DNA of 64,000 nucleotides from Amphiscolops sp. MND2022 (Eukaryota): assembly GCA_964187785.1 (NCBI GenBank), contig OZ076409.1, forward strand, positions 35,838,001 to 35,902,000. Reading direction: 5' to 3'. The notes under the pieces were generated by a model. That model ran no database searches, had not been told where the DNA came from, and saw nothing but the letters and a program-made list of their open reading frames with translations. The translations under genes were made by a program, and so were the position numbers. Position 1 is the stretch's first letter, and the number at the start of each line of letters is the position of its first letter. Below, in pieces: positions 36,071 through 50,800 of the stretch.

Positions 36071-39000
36071 CTTTGCGCTTTTTTCAAAGAAGGAAGTCAT
36101 CAGAAACGAAATACAAGGGCCCAAAAATCACCTGAATTTTTCGGAATAGAAATTTTTATTTCCAAAAAATTTGTTGAATATTTCACCCGAAAAACGCCTA
36201 TCTTCTCAACTCATGCAAAAAACTTCAACAAAAAGTCTCGCAAAAACCCTTAATAATCCTTCTCGGTAGTTTGTCATATTTTCTGAAGATGTTTGACGCT
36301 GAAAAGGTTGGTTAAAAAAACAATATTCAATCAATTAAAACAGCTTAATTTTGATATTCCGTTCTAAAAATGCAGTCTAAAACTTTGTTATGGAATTGTT
36401 TTGGTTTCTCCTAACACAAGATAAAAGTGATAAATATTGTCTATTCCGACAGTTTTCATGCCAAAAAAGTTTGTAAAGATTACAAATCACTTGGCTTAGT
36501 CATTTGGTATAATTTTTTTCTTGTGTCATTTGTTTTAACAACTTTGAGCCAAATGACCACAAAACTAAGCCAAGACAGTTCTAATTCAAGCAATAGCTAA
36601 AAACAATTTAATAAAGGCCAGAGCTGAATTGAAATCTTAGCCAAATGTTGAAGGAAGTTTTGAATTGAAATGAAAAGGTCAGAATATTTGTTGTATGGCT
36701 CGTTCGCTTCGCTCCTATCACTAACTAGCAACATTGAGGAATGGCCAAATGGTACGTCGCTCCACTTCTTCCTGCTTCAGGGAACTAGGAAATTGTTAAA
36801 ATAGCTGACCTTGTTATAACAAAAATCTAGACGAAAAGTGGCATGCGTTTTCAACCCGGTTCTTTTCAGCCAAGTGGGATTGCACCAAGAGACCATACAC
36901 CAAAACGACGTTTGGCTGAAAAAAACTAAGGGAAGTGGCCAAACGCATTGGGCCAAAGATTTTCCATATTAATGACGACTTCAAGCCAAATAACCATACA
37001 CCAATGTAAACACATCAATTGTTAAACTGTCAACACTGTTTCAATCTTTTCAACTGAAACTCGGTTTCCTGGTTACTGTGAAGTTTTTGGCAGATTCTCT
37101 TAGAGTTAACACACTTTTTGACTGTTCTTCCGACTCCCATTTTGGTTTTGGTTGGTGCCTCAAAAGATGTCAACCAGAATATTCTGAAAACTTCTACTCC
37201 TGACTTTGTTAGGGCCTGAACTCCTGATCGTGGCTGGGTTGTCGGATTTGTAGACGTTATTCCTCAAAAATACCAATTTTAGACATTATTCTACCAGCAT
37301 ACAGTAATTTTAGACTTTTTTTTGGTGAAATACAGTGCTTTTAGATCTTTTTTTTACCAAAATAAGCAAGATTTTAGACGTTATTCCACAAATACAGTGA
37401 TTTTAGAGGTTATTCCCAAGAAAAATAATTAAAGACGTTTTTCCCCAAAAAAGTGATTTTAGACGTTATTCCACAAAAACATTAATTTTAGACGTTATTC
37501 TACCAGAATACGGCAATTTTAGACATTATTCTGGTAAAATACAGTGAATTTAGACGTTATTCCCATAAAATAAAGTCTCAGGGCCTTTTTTCAAATGAAA
37601 AATTATCAGAAATGAAATACAACGGCCCAAAATTCAACTGATTATTTCGGATTAGAGTTTTTTAATTCCAGAAAAATTGTTGATTTTTCCTCCCGAACAA
37701 CACCTAATTTCTCAACTCATGCGGAAAATTCTTCAACAGAAATGCTTGCAAAAACCTTTAATAATTCTTCTGGTTAGTGTGTCAGATTTTCTGAAGATAT
37801 TTGACGCTGAGAAGGTTGAAAAAAAACAAACTTCAATTAATTGAAACAGCCTAATTTTGATATTCCGTTCTAAAATAGTTCCCTAAAAGTGCCGTCTAGA
37901 ACTTTTTTATGGGATTGTTTTTGTTTCTCCTAACACGAACAAGGATAACGATTGTCCATTCCGACAGTTTTCATGCCAAAAAAGTTTGTAAAGATTACAA
38001 ATCACTTGGCTCAGTCATTTGGTATTCTTTTTTCATTGTGTCATTTGTTTTAATAAGTTTGAGCCAAATGACCACAAAATAAAGCCAAGACATATCTATA
38101 TCAAGCAATAGCTAAAAACAAACTATTTAGGGCCAGAGCTGAATTGAAATTTTAGCCAAATGTTGAAGGAAGGTTTGAATTGAAATGAAGAGGTCAAAAT
38201 GTTTGTTGTATGGCTCGTTCGCTTCGCTCCCATCACCAAGTAGCAACATTGAGGCATGGCCAAATGGTACGTCGCTCCGCTTTGTCCTGCTGCAGGGCCC
38301 TAGGAAGTTGTTAAAATAGCTGACTTTGCTTATTCAAAAATCTAGACGAAACGTGGCATGCGTTTTCAACCCGGTTTTTTTCAGCCAAGTGGGATTGCAC
38401 CAAGAGACCATACACCAAAACGACGTTTGGCTGAAAAAAAACTAAGGGAAGTGGCCAAACGCATTGGGCCAAAGATTTTCCATATTAATGACGACTTCAA
38501 GCCAAATAACCATACACCAATGTAAACACATCAATTGTTAAACTGTCAACACTGTTTCAATCTTTTCAACTGAAACTCGGTTTCCTGGTTACTGTGAAGT
38601 TTTTGACAGATTCTCTTAGAGTTAACACACTTTTTGACTGTTCTTCCGACTCCCATTTTGGTTTTGGTTGGTGCCTCAAAAGATGTCAACCAGAATATTC
38701 TGAAAACTTCTACTCCTGACTTTGTTAGGGCCTGAACTCCTGATCGTGGCCTGTTTGTCGGATTTTTAGAGGTTACTCCTCAAAAAAAATGTTTTTAGTT
38801 GTTATTCTACCAGAATACGGTAATTTTAGACATTTTTCTGGTGAAATAAAGTGTTTTTAGAACTTCTTTTACCAAAATGGGAAAGATTTTAGACGTTATT
38901 CCACAAATATAGTAATTTTAGACGTTATTCCCAAAAAAGTGACTCAGGACGTTTTTCCCCGAAAAAGTGATTTAGGACTTTATTCCACAAAAATACTAAT

Positions 39001-42000
39001 TTTAGACGTTAATCTACCAGAATACGGCAAGTTTAGACATTATTCTGGTAAAATACAGTGAATTTAGACGTTATTCTAATAAACTAAAGTCTCTAGGCCT
39101 TTTTTCAAAAAAATGTAAACAGAAATGAAATACAACGGCCCAAAATTCAACTGAAAATTTCGGGTTAGAAATTTTTATTTCCAGAAAACTTGTTGACTTT
39201 TCCTCCCGAACAACACCTAATTTCTCAACTCATGCGGAAAATTCTTCAACAGAAACGCTTGCAAAAACCTTTAATAATTCTTCTGGTTAGTGTGTCAGAT
39301 TTTCTGAAGATATTTGACGCTGAGAAGGTTGAAAAAAAACAAACTTCAATTAATTGAAACAGCCTAATTTTGATATTCCGTTCTAAAATAGTTCCCTAAA
39401 AGTGCCGTCTAGAACTTTTTTATGGGATTGTTTTTGTTTCTCCTAACACGAACAAGGATAACGATTGTCCATTCCGACAGTTTTCATGCCAAAAAAGTTT
39501 TTAAAGATTACAAATCACTTGGCTCAGTCATTTGGTATACTTTTTTCATTGTGTCATTTGTTTTAATAAGTTTGAGCCAAATGACCACAAAATAAAGCCA
39601 AGACATATCTATATCAAGCAATAGCTAAAAACAAACTATTTAGGGCCAGAGCTGAATTGAAATTTTAGCCAAATGTTGAAGGAAGGTTTGAATTGAAATG
39701 AAGAGGTCAAAATGTTTGTTGTATGGCTCGTTCGCTTCGCTCCCATCACCAAGTAGCAACATTGAGGCATGGCCAAATGGTATGTCGCTCCGCTTTGTCC
39801 TGCTGCAGGGCCCTAGGAAGTTGTTAAAATAGCTGACTTTGCTTATTCAAAAATCTAGACGAAACGTGGCATGCGTTTTCAACCCGGTTTTTTTCAGCCA
39901 AGTGGGATTGCACCAAGAGACCATACACCAAAACGACGTTTGGCTGAAAAAAAACTAAGGGAAGTGGCCAAACGCATTGGGCCAAAGATTTTCCATATTA
40001 ATGACGACTTCAAGCCAAATAACCATACACCAATGTAAACACATCAATTGTTAAACTGTCAACACTGTTTCAATCTTTTCAACTGAAACTCGGTTTCCTG
40101 GTTACTGTGAAGTTTTTGGCAGATTCTCTTAGAGTTAACACACTTTTTGACTGTTCTTCCGACTCCCATTTTGGTTTTGGTTGGTGCCTCAAAAGATGTC
40201 AACCAGAATATTCTGAAAACTTCTACTCCTGACTTTGTTAGGGCCTGAACTCCTGATCGTGGCCTGTTTGTCGGATTTTTAGAGGTTACTCCTCAAAAAA
40301 AATGTTTTTAGTTGTTATTCTACCAGAATACGGTAATTTTAGACATTTTTCTGGTGAAATAAAGTGTTTTTAGAACTTCTTTTACCAAAATGGGAAAGAT
40401 TTCAGACGTTATTCCACAAATATAGTAATTTTAGACGTTATTCCCAAAAAAGTGACTCAGGACGTTTTTCCCCGAAAAAGTGATTTAGGACTTTATTCCA
40501 CAAAAATACTAATTTTAGACGTTATTCTACCAGAATACGGCAAGTTTAGACATTATTCTGGTAAAATACAGTGAATTTAGACGTTATTCTAATAAACTAA
40601 AGTCTCTAGGCCTTTTTTCAAAAAAATGTAAACAGAAATGAAATACAACGGCCCAAAATTCAACTGAAAATTTCGGGTTAGAATTTTTTATTTCCAGAAA
40701 ACTTGTTGACTTTTCCTCCCGAACAACACCTAATTTCTCAACTCATGCGGAAAACTTCAACAGAAATGCTTGCAAAAACCTTTAATAATCCTTCTCGTTA
40801 GTGTGTCATATTTTTTGAAGATATTTGATTCTGAAAAGGATGAAAAAAAAAACAAATTTCAACCAATTAAAAGAGCCCAATTTTGACATTCCGTTCTAAA
40901 ATAGTTCCGTAAAAATGCCGTCTAGAACTTTGTTGTGGAATTGTTTTCGTTTCTGTTGACACGAAAAGAGATAAATATTGTCTATTCCGACAATTTTTAT
41001 GCCAAAAAAAATTGTAAAGATTACAAATCACTTGGCTTAGTCATTTGGTATAATTAATTTCCTTGTGTCATTTGTTTTAAAATCTTTGAGCCAAATGACC
41101 ACAAAACTAAACCAACACCATTCTAATGCATGCAATAGCTAAAAACAATTTATTAAAGGCCAGAGCTGAATTGAAATTTTAGCCAAATTTTTTTCCTCCC
41201 GAACAACATCTAAATTCTCAACTCATGCGGAAAACTTCAACCGAAATGCTCGCAAAAATCTTTAAGAATCCTTCTCGTTAGTGTGTAATAATTTCTGAAG
41301 ATAATTGACGCTGAAAAAGATAAAAAAAAACAAATCTCAACTAATTAAAACAGCCTAACTTTGAAATTCCATTCTAAAAGAGTTCCGTAAAAATGCCGTC
41401 TAGAACTTTGTTATGGAATTATTTTCGTTTCTCTTAACACAAAAAGTGATAAATATTGTCTATTTTGACAGTTTTCATGCCAAAAAATTTGTAAAGATTA
41501 CAAATCACTTGGCTTAGTCATTTGGTATAATTTTTTCCTTGTGTCATTTGTTTTAATAACTTTGAGCCAAATGACCACAAAACTAAGTCAAGACCATTCT
41601 AAGTCACGCAATAGCTTAAAACAATTTATTAAAGGCCAGAGCTGAAATGAAAATTCAGCCAAATTTTGAAGGGAGGTTTGAATTGAAATGAAGAGGTCAG
41701 AATATTTGTTGTATGGCTCGTTCGCTTCGCTTCCATCACCAAGTAGCAACATTGAGTCATTGCCAAATGGTACGTCGCTCCGCTTCGTCCTCCTTCAGGG
41801 CCCTAGGAAGTTGTTAAAATAGCTAACCTTGCTATATCAAAAATCTAGACAAAACGTGGCATTCGTTTTCAACATTGTAATTTTCAGCCAATTGGGGTTG
41901 CGCCACGAGACCATACACCAAGACGACGTTTGGCTGAAATAATCTAAGAGAAGTGGCCAAACGCATTGGGCAAACGATTTTCAATATAAATGACTTCAAG

Positions 42001-43690
42001 CCAAGTAACCATTCACCAATGTAACCACATCAATTGTCAAACCGTCAACACTGTTTTAATCCTTTCCAACTGAAACTCGGCTTTCTGGTTATTTTGAAGT
42101 TTTTGACCGATTCTCTTAGAATTAACACTCTACTTGACTGTTCCTCCGACTCCCATTTTGGTTTTAGTTGGTGCCTCAAACGATGTCAACCAGATTATTC
42201 TGAAATTTTCTACTCCTGACTTTGTTAGGGCCTGAACTCCTGATCGTGGCTGGCTTGTAAGATGTTTAGACATTACTCCTCAAAAATATCGATTTTAGAC
42301 GTTATTCCACCAGAATACGGTAATTTTAGACATTTTTCTGGTGAAATACAGCGTTTTTAGATCTTATTTTACCAAAATAGGACTGATTTTAGACGTTATT
42401 CTACAAACATAGTGCTTTTAGACGTTATTCCAAAAAAAGTGATTTTAGACGTTTTTTGCCAAAAAAGGGATTTTAGACATTATTTCACAAAAATACTAAT
42501 TTTAGACGTTATTCTGCCAGAATACGGCAATTTTAGACACCATTCTGGTAAAATACAGTGAATTTAGACGTTATTACAATAAAATAAAATCTCTAGGCCT
42601 TTTTTCAAATAAAAAGTCATCAGAAACGAAATACAACGGCCCAAAATTCATCTGAAAATTTAGGATTAGAATTTTTATTTCAAGGAAACTTGTTAATTTT
42701 TCCTCCCGAACAACACCTAAATTCTCAACTCATGCGGAAAACTTCAACAGAAATCTTTAATAATCCTTCTCGTTAGTGTGTAATTTTCTCTGAAGATGAT
42801 TGACGCTGAAAAGGATGAAAAAAAAACAAATCTCAACTAATTAAAACAGCCTGACTTTGAAATTCCGTTCTGAAATAGTTCCGTAAAAATGCCGTCTAGA
42901 ACTTTGTTATGGAATTATTTTCGTTTCTCTTAACACAAAAAGTGATAAATATTGTCTATTCCGACAGTTTTCATGCCAAAAAAATTGTAAAGATTACAAA
43001 TCACTTGGCTCAGTCATTTGGTATAATTTTTTCCTTGTGTCATTTGTTTTAATAACTTTGAGCCAAATGACCACAAAACTAAGTCAAGACCATTCTAAGT
43101 CACGCAATAGCTCAAAACAATTTATTAAAGGCCAGAGCTGAAATGAAATTTCAGCCAAATTTTGAAGGGAAGTTTGAATTGAATTGAAGAGGTCAGAATA
43201 TTTGTTGTATGGCTCGTTCGCTTCGCTCCCATCACCAAGTAGCAACATTGAGGCATGGCCAAATGCTACGTCGCTCCGCTTTGTCCTGCTGCAGGGCCCT
43301 AAGAAGTTGTTAAAATAGCTGACCTTGCTATATCAAAAATCTAGACGAAGCGTGGCGTGCGTTTTCAACATGGTGATTTTCAGCCAAATGGGATTGCGCC
43401 ACGAGACCATACACCAAGACGTTTGGCTGAAAAAAATTGAGATAATTGACCGAAAGCATTGGGCCAAAGAACATCAAAACAAATGACTGCAAGCCAAGTA
43501 ACCATTCATCAATTTAAACACATCAGTTGTCAAACTGTCACCACTTTTTCAATTCTTTCCAACTGAAACTCGGCTTTTTGAATATTTTGAAGTTTTTGGC
43601 AGATTCTTTTTGGGTAAACAATCAACTTGACTGTTCCTCCGACTTTGTTAGGGCCTGAACTCCTAGTTGTGGCTGGGTTGTCTGATTTTT
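35970..43690. repeat. ~1.5-kb tandem array (about 5 units plus a ~480-bp partial): minisatellite block + AT-rich block + foldback-like flank + Copia LTR tip
   Basis: Landmark taaagattacaaatcacttggc at ~36472, 37987, 39501, 41013, 41490, 42986; LTR tips at 37207, 38723, 40236, 42223; full LTR at 43646. Confidence 0.95.
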
Positions 43691-43872
43691 GAAGATTGAA
43701 CATTGTCAAAACTTTATTTAGAGATGTGTGTTGAGAAAATGACTCAGTCAAATGAAGATAAAAAAACAGGTACTTGTGTACAAACAACTATACCAAACTA
43801 AAATAGTTCGGCCTGGTATATTCTGAGTTGGTTGACCTTCAATGGTCCTTTGACCTTCATCGGTCTCTATCA
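43646..43872 (-). repeat. Copia 3' LTR, copy 2
   Basis: TGTTAG...CTATCA; internal side carries a degenerate purine tract (minus strand gagcggtgg). Confidence 0.92.
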
Positions 43873-46800
43873 CCACCGCTCGATGAGAATCCCGAAGAGA
43901 TTCTGGTGGTTCATGATTGCGAACCGCTGTGACTGACGATCTGTCGTGTCTAGGCAGCGGTTGAGAGGCCTCTATCCATCAGTTGAAGAGAAACTGAAAG
44001 TCGTCATAGTCCTAGTTCTAACATAAACTTGATAATGGGTAAAGTAAAATAATTGAGTTGTGAGGGAGGCAAGAGATACGTTGATGATTGAGGTGGCTGA
44101 ATGACAAAGAGTTGCGATGAGAGCTCTTTAAAGGCAGGCTTGGGTAGATTCTTGGTGCAGATATCAGCAAAGATATTCTTTGTGGAGAGAGACATGGGAT
44201 AGTTGAATGCGTTTGTTCTAAACCAGTTGACGGAAGGTGTGGTGTCGGGTTTCTATGTTTGTTGGCGACAGGGTTACTGGCCAGTGCGACAGCAGAAGAA
44301 GCGTGTCTAACGTCATCAAGGAGAAGTATGTCGGCAAGCCTTGCAAATAGACTGCTTCATGTGCAGCTAAAGCTACGAAGCATTCTCGGCTTCACAAGAG
44401 CTAAGTGCCACACACCCTTGCTGTTTGGACGCCCAAGAGACAACCAAAAAAAAACTTATTTTGAAGCAAAAACCCGAAGTTGACTTGCGATCATCCTTGT
44501 CGGTAGCCCAATCGGAATCTGGAAAATCAAAAAGACCTAGTTTTTTAGAGCGATTAAGCACAAAGTGTTTCAATGCACACAAATGGGCTTCACCGGGAAT
44601 TGACACGAATTGCGCTTAAGTTTTAGACAGCAAAGCAAATTTCGCGGCGACTAACAACGGACAAATACATTAAGTTTCCAACTAAGCTACAATTTTGTTT
44701 CTGTTCGCAAAACTCAAGTGAATTTTCACTACCTTCCAAAGGGCAGTCCGATTTAGACTGTTTTGTTTGAGGTATAGCTGGCGTACTGATTGGTTTATAA
44801 TTAGACATATGGCTTTTGCGCAAAAATCCTTTGTAAATGATTGCTGACTAAGAGAAATGCGAGTGCGTGACTGTTCAACATCGCTTCCGAAAAACCAAGT
44901 CATTTCCCCGGATCATCAATGCTGAATGCATTGCTGAGTTTCGCCTCGAAGTCATGCAGTTTTTTGTTGTTGTTTGAAAAGTACAAAATGTCGTCGACCC
45001 AAAATAGTACGAAATTTTGGGGACCATTGGTCCCATCGCAACAAAAAAGACAATGATCCTCGGCAGACTTTACGAATTCGTTCTTCAAAAACCACTGAGT
45101 TGAGGTTTTGTTTCATTCGCTCTTTGCTTGTTTTAAACAATAAAGGCATTTTTGAAGCTTGTAAAAATGTGCTTCACTATTAGCCCCCGCTTGCGCAAAG
45201 CCTTCTGGTTGTTGTATGTAAAGTTCAACTCTTAAGTTCGCATCGAGGAAGGCTGAACGGACATCTAATTGAAAAACAAAAATCGACCACGAAGCAGCGA
45301 GCGCAAAACAAGACCTCAAGGTACAAAGTTTGGCAGTAGGCGCACAAATTTCATCCTACTTGCTCCCACAAACATGCAAAACACCTTGGGATACGAAACG
45401 AGCCTTGAATTTCTCAATTGATCTGTCGTCGTGTCTCTTAGTTTTGAAAACCCACCGGCTTCCAATTGCCTTTCGACCCTGCGAAAGCAGCGAAAGCATC
45501 CAGCTTTTGTTTTCAATGAGCGGATTGTACTCCTTTTGAGTAGCTTCGATGCATTCGCTTTTAAGCTATGGCTTCATTGCTTCACAATAAGTTAGATTCT
45601 CATCACTGTCATTCGTTAACAGAACGTAGTCGTCAAGATACGCAGGAGGTTTGATAATTCTCCTAATTCGAGACCGCGAAAACACTACTTTCAATAGCCT
45701 CAATGATTTCAGATGAAACAACATCAACGGGGGAAGAAGTTGTTCCAGTTTCGATATCATTCAATGTTCCAGTCGGTAAAACAGGAACTGGAGACTTTTC
45801 GCAAAATTTTTTCTGTGTTTCAGGCAAAACTTTTTTCTGTGCCGGCTTTTGGATAACAAGCGCTCAAATGTTTTGACTTAGGTGCGCAGTAAAAGAGTCA
45901 CAAGAAGTCTCATTAAGGGAGACGTTGCGAGAAAGCGAAGTCTGTTTAGAGTAAAGACTGTACAAAATGTGTGCTTCAGAATCCTCAGAAGAACCAACAA
46001 AAAGTTTTTTGGTGGTTTATCGGAAAGATTCTCTTGATGCGTTTCGATGTGTTTGAAAGCAGTACACCCAAAAATTTTCAAATTGGAAAGATCTGGTTTT
46101 TTACCAAAGACCGTTTCGAAGCGCGCTTTACATTTTGGTAAACTTACTGTGAGGCAAAGGTTTGAAATGTAAAAAGCAATGAGTAAGAGCCGAATCCAAA
46201 ATTCATTGCCGAAATTGGATGTTTTTAGCATGCAACGAGCCATTTCGACTGTTGTTTGGCAGCGACGTTTACTCACACCATTTTGATGAGGCGAATAAGG
46301 GGCTGTATGCTCACCTTTGATTCTGTTTGACATACAAAAACATCGAAAAGACTTGGGCATGTCCTCTTTCCCATTATCAGAACAGATTGCTGTGGGCATT
46401 CCCACTTGCGCACAAAAAAGTTTGAGTTTAACTAGGCACTCGTTTTTCGATTTGAAGAAAATTACCGCTGCGTACCTGCTTTAGCATCGGTCTCAAACTG
46501 TCAGTGAAAACGAGATCAAGTTTCGAAGTTTTTGTCTCCATTTTTGTGATACTGGTTGCCGTCGTGATTTAGAAATTTTGCAAACTTCACAACAACAAAG
46601 TTTATCGAAAGCACAGTTTTTCAAACTCATTCCCGAAACATGAAGAACCAAACATTTCACAATTTTGAAATCGTTGCGACCAAGGCGTTGATGCCACAGC
46701 ACCGCTTCTTCGTTCTCACCGGAAAAAGAACAAAAATCAAATGTCTTTCTTTTCAAAACGTAAAGATTATCGTGCTCTTTAAGAGGAATAGTTGCAAATC

Positions 46801-48030
46801 CATCACGATTGACAAAAATGCTCAGAGATTGTCCGGAGTCCACTTGAGCCCCGCTTTGTGTCAACTTGCTAACACTGATAATGTTATGAGAATGATCAGG
46901 AAGAAAACGTCCCATTCGCATTTTTACTTTGCGTTGTGTTTCTTCGCTAAAGTCGAAGAACAGAGAACGGTCAAAAAACATATGCGAGGAGGCACCAGAG
47001 TCGATGGATAAAGGGTGCTCCTTAACCTTGCATTTTTGGCTAACGAGTGCAGTCTCACTACCTTCGCAAAAAAAGGTAAGTCCTCAGCTAGGTTTGATTC
47101 TCCTGTCTCAGCACTTGACCTAGATTCAAAAGATGGTTTCTCTTGAAACATTCATTCTTTTCATGGCCAAAACGCCTGCAAAAGTTGTACTGGGATACTA
47201 TACAAGTGGCTTGTGTAAGTCCACTTTTACCGCAACGCCTATACTTCCCAGTGAAGTTTGGGCGATGTTTGCGCGAGGAAGCTTTTCAGGTTTGCGCGAG
47301 GAACTTCCTGCGGCAGTACCTTTGGAAAACAAAGCAACATATTCATCGCTAGCTATCACAGTTTATAGGTTACGTCAACTACCGAAATTTTTATTGCCTC
47401 TTTACCTTTGCAAAAGACGCCTTATTTCTCGAAAAAACGTGCACAATTTTGAAATAGTCATACTCGGAAGGCAAACCCTTGAGAATTTTTGAAAATAACA
47501 TGTTTTCAGAAATTTTCTCACCAGCCGGCTACAACTGCTTACTCACATACAACGCTCGAGTCAGGTAGTCAACGATGCTCTCCGTGGGCTTTAATCACAG
47601 GGTTGTGATCTTCTCCAATAGGTTCATCAACTTCGGTGTTTCGGTGCTGTTGCAGACAACATCAGGAAAATGCGGCAGTCAAGACACTGTTTCAAGTATG
47701 CCCAAATGTAGTACTTCTTTTAATTCGTACCAGCATCTGTCCCATTCAGCACGTTCAGCACCTTCTTTGTGAAACAGAACCCCTTCGAATTGCTCCTGCC
47801 CGCGACAGACAGAAGGAACTAACTGAAACCAAAACGGGCAACAAAACAGGAATTTCCACGAATACATGCTACAATTATAAAGGAAGCAGAACGGTGGTAA
47901 CGGACGTCATAAATAGCAGAAACTGTGGATATCCGAGACGCAGAAAGCAAAAATTGAGAACGAGAAATAAAGATCAGACAAGCATAGTGAGAGTAGGCGA
48001 GAAAAAAAGTTAAAAACCAAACTCGCCAAT

Positions 48031-48046
48031 TGCTGGGTCAATAACC
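48031..48046 (-). promoter_or_regulatory. Copia primer-binding site
   Basis: Minus strand GGTTATTGACCCAGCA directly after the 5' LTR; resembles GGTTATGGGCCCAG, the internal tRNA-iMet fragment PBS of Drosophila copia-type elements. Confidence 0.8.
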
Positions 48047-48259
48047 TGTTAGGGCCTGAACTTCTGATTGTGCCTGGGTTGTCCGTTTATTGAAGATTGA
48101 ATATTGTCAATACTTTGTTTTGAAATAAGTGTTGAGAAAACGATTCAGTCAAGTGAAGGTAAAAATAACAGGTACATGTTTAAGAACAACAATATTAAAC
48201 AAAATTAGATCAGTCTTGTATAGTCTGAATTGGTCCTTTGACCTTCACGGTCACTAACA
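48047..48259 (-). repeat. Copia 5' LTR
   Basis: TGTTAG...CTAACA inverted termini, homologous to both 3' LTRs, flanked by the PBS and the TSD. Confidence 0.93.
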
Positions 48260-48739
48260 GACTTCAAATTCGCTATTGCCCGTGTTGCTTTTGACGTGAA
48301 ACTCAATTATTCCGTCAAGATTAGATTTTCAACCTTCTATATCTAATTACAGCCTTGCATGTAAACTTTTGATATCATTCATGAAGTCATTTAATTCGAA
48401 TGATGCTTCCATGAGTTATCAGTGCGGATGCGAGGATAGGTATAGATTTTCTGCAATTTCATATCTTTTGAGTGCTATTGGTCACCTCAAATACCTAAAA
48501 ACACCAATGCGAAAAAACAAATAGACTTTTTGTTAGCATTTCCGCAGTTGACTGACATTCCTACTCAAAACATTGGGAATATTCTTGTCTTTATCGTGAA
48601 ATGCGGCGACACTACAGTTCGCATTGTTCGAAGTCCTTTTCCCAATCTTTTTCAAACTTTTTGTTCCCCTTTGAATCCAGTGTGTGTTTTGAAAAAGAAT
48701 ACATTAAGGCTCTTTTTTGTTCCTACCTATGTTATATCA

Positions 48740-49205
48740 CGAGTCAAAATTAGTCAAATTAGTCTGAACCAGTCAAAGTGAATAGTGTAAAACAGTCAAG
48801 ACTAATACCGACTGCAATTACAATGTGAAGCGTTTTTGTTAATTAAGAAAGCAATAGGATGCATCGTTTGTTTGGTGCAAAGTAGTCAAACTTTGATGAC
48901 TTTCCCCGTTTTCAAAGAATCTTTTTTCGAAGTGCTCGAAAAGTGAATTCTAGTCAAAGTTTGACTACTTTACACTTTATACACGTTACGGAATTGAGCC
49001 ATATGTAGGTTGAAAATTCTTGACAGGTTTCATTCTTCTCCAATTACGCTGAATGACCACAATCCGCAATTTCTGATCACACTGTGCATCAAAATTCACA
49101 ATGAACACACTGCACTGTTTGACTAGAATACGCTTCGCTCTCGGTTTACGGAAAATACACTTTACACTTGATGACAATTTCCACTTTTGCGGCATAGGTA
49201 TTGTA
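48740..49205. repeat. Foldback-like repeat remnant (agtcaa/ttgact subrepeats)
   Basis: agtcaaa subrepeats at 48740-48800 are mirrored by tttgact motifs at 48960 onward; right part homologous to 9230-9480. Confidence 0.55.
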
Positions 49206-49479
49206 ATGTGAACTTTTTTTGAAGCTTCTTTTGACCAAGTTCTATCAGCAACCTTGAAACTAAAAAAATTTCAAATAGTTTATAAAATGTCCGACCCTTA
49301 AGTATGGTTTGGACTTGTAACACAATTGGTTGGAGGCTCCTTGCGCTTCAAACATTCGACAAAATTCCATGTACTAGCTTCTAATTCGTCGCATACAGTC
49401 CACGATCTGAATTAGGGTAGACACGACCTAAAAAATGTTCAACAAAAATCGGACACTTCAGAATTCAATCAAACTTATT

Positions 49480-50800
49480 GATTTACCAAACGTCCTTTTG
49501 AATCTATTGAACTTGACAAACGCAGCTACAATAGTCAAATCAGCATGAAGGCATTGTTTCATTCTGCTACGGCTCTTCTCGAAGGTGGTATTTAGACAAA
49601 GATAGAAACCTATCGACTAGTGAGTGCTTTGGTTCAAAAATCTGTATTTTCGTAAAGTGAACTCTATAATTTCATATCCCAAAATTTCGTAGTTAAATTA
49701 AAAGTCAGCAAGGCTTCGTGAACACCATGTACCTTTACCCAGATGGGAACTTGTCTTGACAAATTATATCGTATTATTGATTCCAACGTACTCACAGAAG
49801 CTGCATGTTTCGATGTTAAAAATGCATTCGACTCAGTGTTTCAACCCTTACTTCTGCAAATACTTTGGAATTTTGTCCAGGAATCTTTCGCCTGTTCTCT
49901 GTTTACCTAGATTAACGCTACCGAGGTGTAAAACCTAGTTTTACTGTTATTGGAAAATTCCTCCTACGTCTGCTTTACAGGAACGTTTTGTACTACCTCG
50001 AATACAGTTTATCCTGTATGTAAACGATATTGCAAACTCTGAAAACTTTAGTATTCAAGTTTTGTTTCGTGATGATCTGAGTGTGTTGTTTGAAGCTGAT
50101 TCCGACAAAACTCAAAGTGACGTGAACAATCTGCATAATCGGAGATTTGACAACAGTCCTATTTTATCCCTTCCAAGTGCAAACTTCAACATCTCTTTTT
50201 TCCATATTCTTCGCTGACATTGGTCTTCCTGTCATTAATAGCATAAAAGATCTTCTCTCCATGAGTACTTACATTTTGTGCTGGAATTGCCGCAATGACC
50301 ACAAAGCAGCTTCTGCTCAATAAATGTTTGCTTTTTGTCAGGACATGTTCCTTTCAATTGTTTTATGGTCAGAAAGACACTGCTTCATCGAAGCCTAGCT
50401 TGTTTGTTTCTCTCTACAGCTCCCGGTGTGGTCTCTTTCCTCAACTTGTATTGTGTTCCTTCAATTGTTGAAAGTTTCCAAAAGAAGGTTTGGGGTGAAT
50501 CACTGCTGAAGTGGACATTGTTTCAGGTCTGCACCTACTACCTCGGCTATCAACCCATGAAATCTGACATCATTCCATTATGGAAATTATACAATAGTGA
50601 TGTCGATTGTAACTCATGTCTCTAATGTCCTCTTGTGTATACGGTCACCTTTCAATATCCCTGACAGGAAAAAACTTTGGCTCGATCTCACTATTCTTTG
50701 TACGAGCTACAAACGTCTGCATTCAACCTTCAATGTCATATTGTGACATCATTACCCATGTCTCTATCACTCTTGACTGTTACTATAATATGCTTGCCAA
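49480..50800 (+). pseudogene. Highly decayed LINE (CR1/L2/Jockey-group) reverse transcriptase remnant
   Basis: Ordered RT motifs on +: YRLVS (~49611), SQQGF (~49704), FDVKNAFDSV (~49809-49838), LYVNDI (~50014-50031), LFRDDL (FADD-like, ~50062-50079). Boundaries approximate. Confidence 0.7.

Larger units (their letters stand above)
43646..48259 (-). mobile_element. Structurally complete but dead Ty1/Copia retrotransposon, copy 2
   Basis: Two LTRs and 5-bp TSD GACTT (43641-43645, 48260-48264). gag ILKGLPSEYDYF, protease IDSGASSHM, LWHQRLG..CEVC, integrase SDNGKE and TAPYSPHQNG, RT QLDVRSAFL and WVDDIL, RNase H DSDWA..RKSTSG and ALSSCEAE, in Copia order (IN before RT). Confidence 0.96.
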
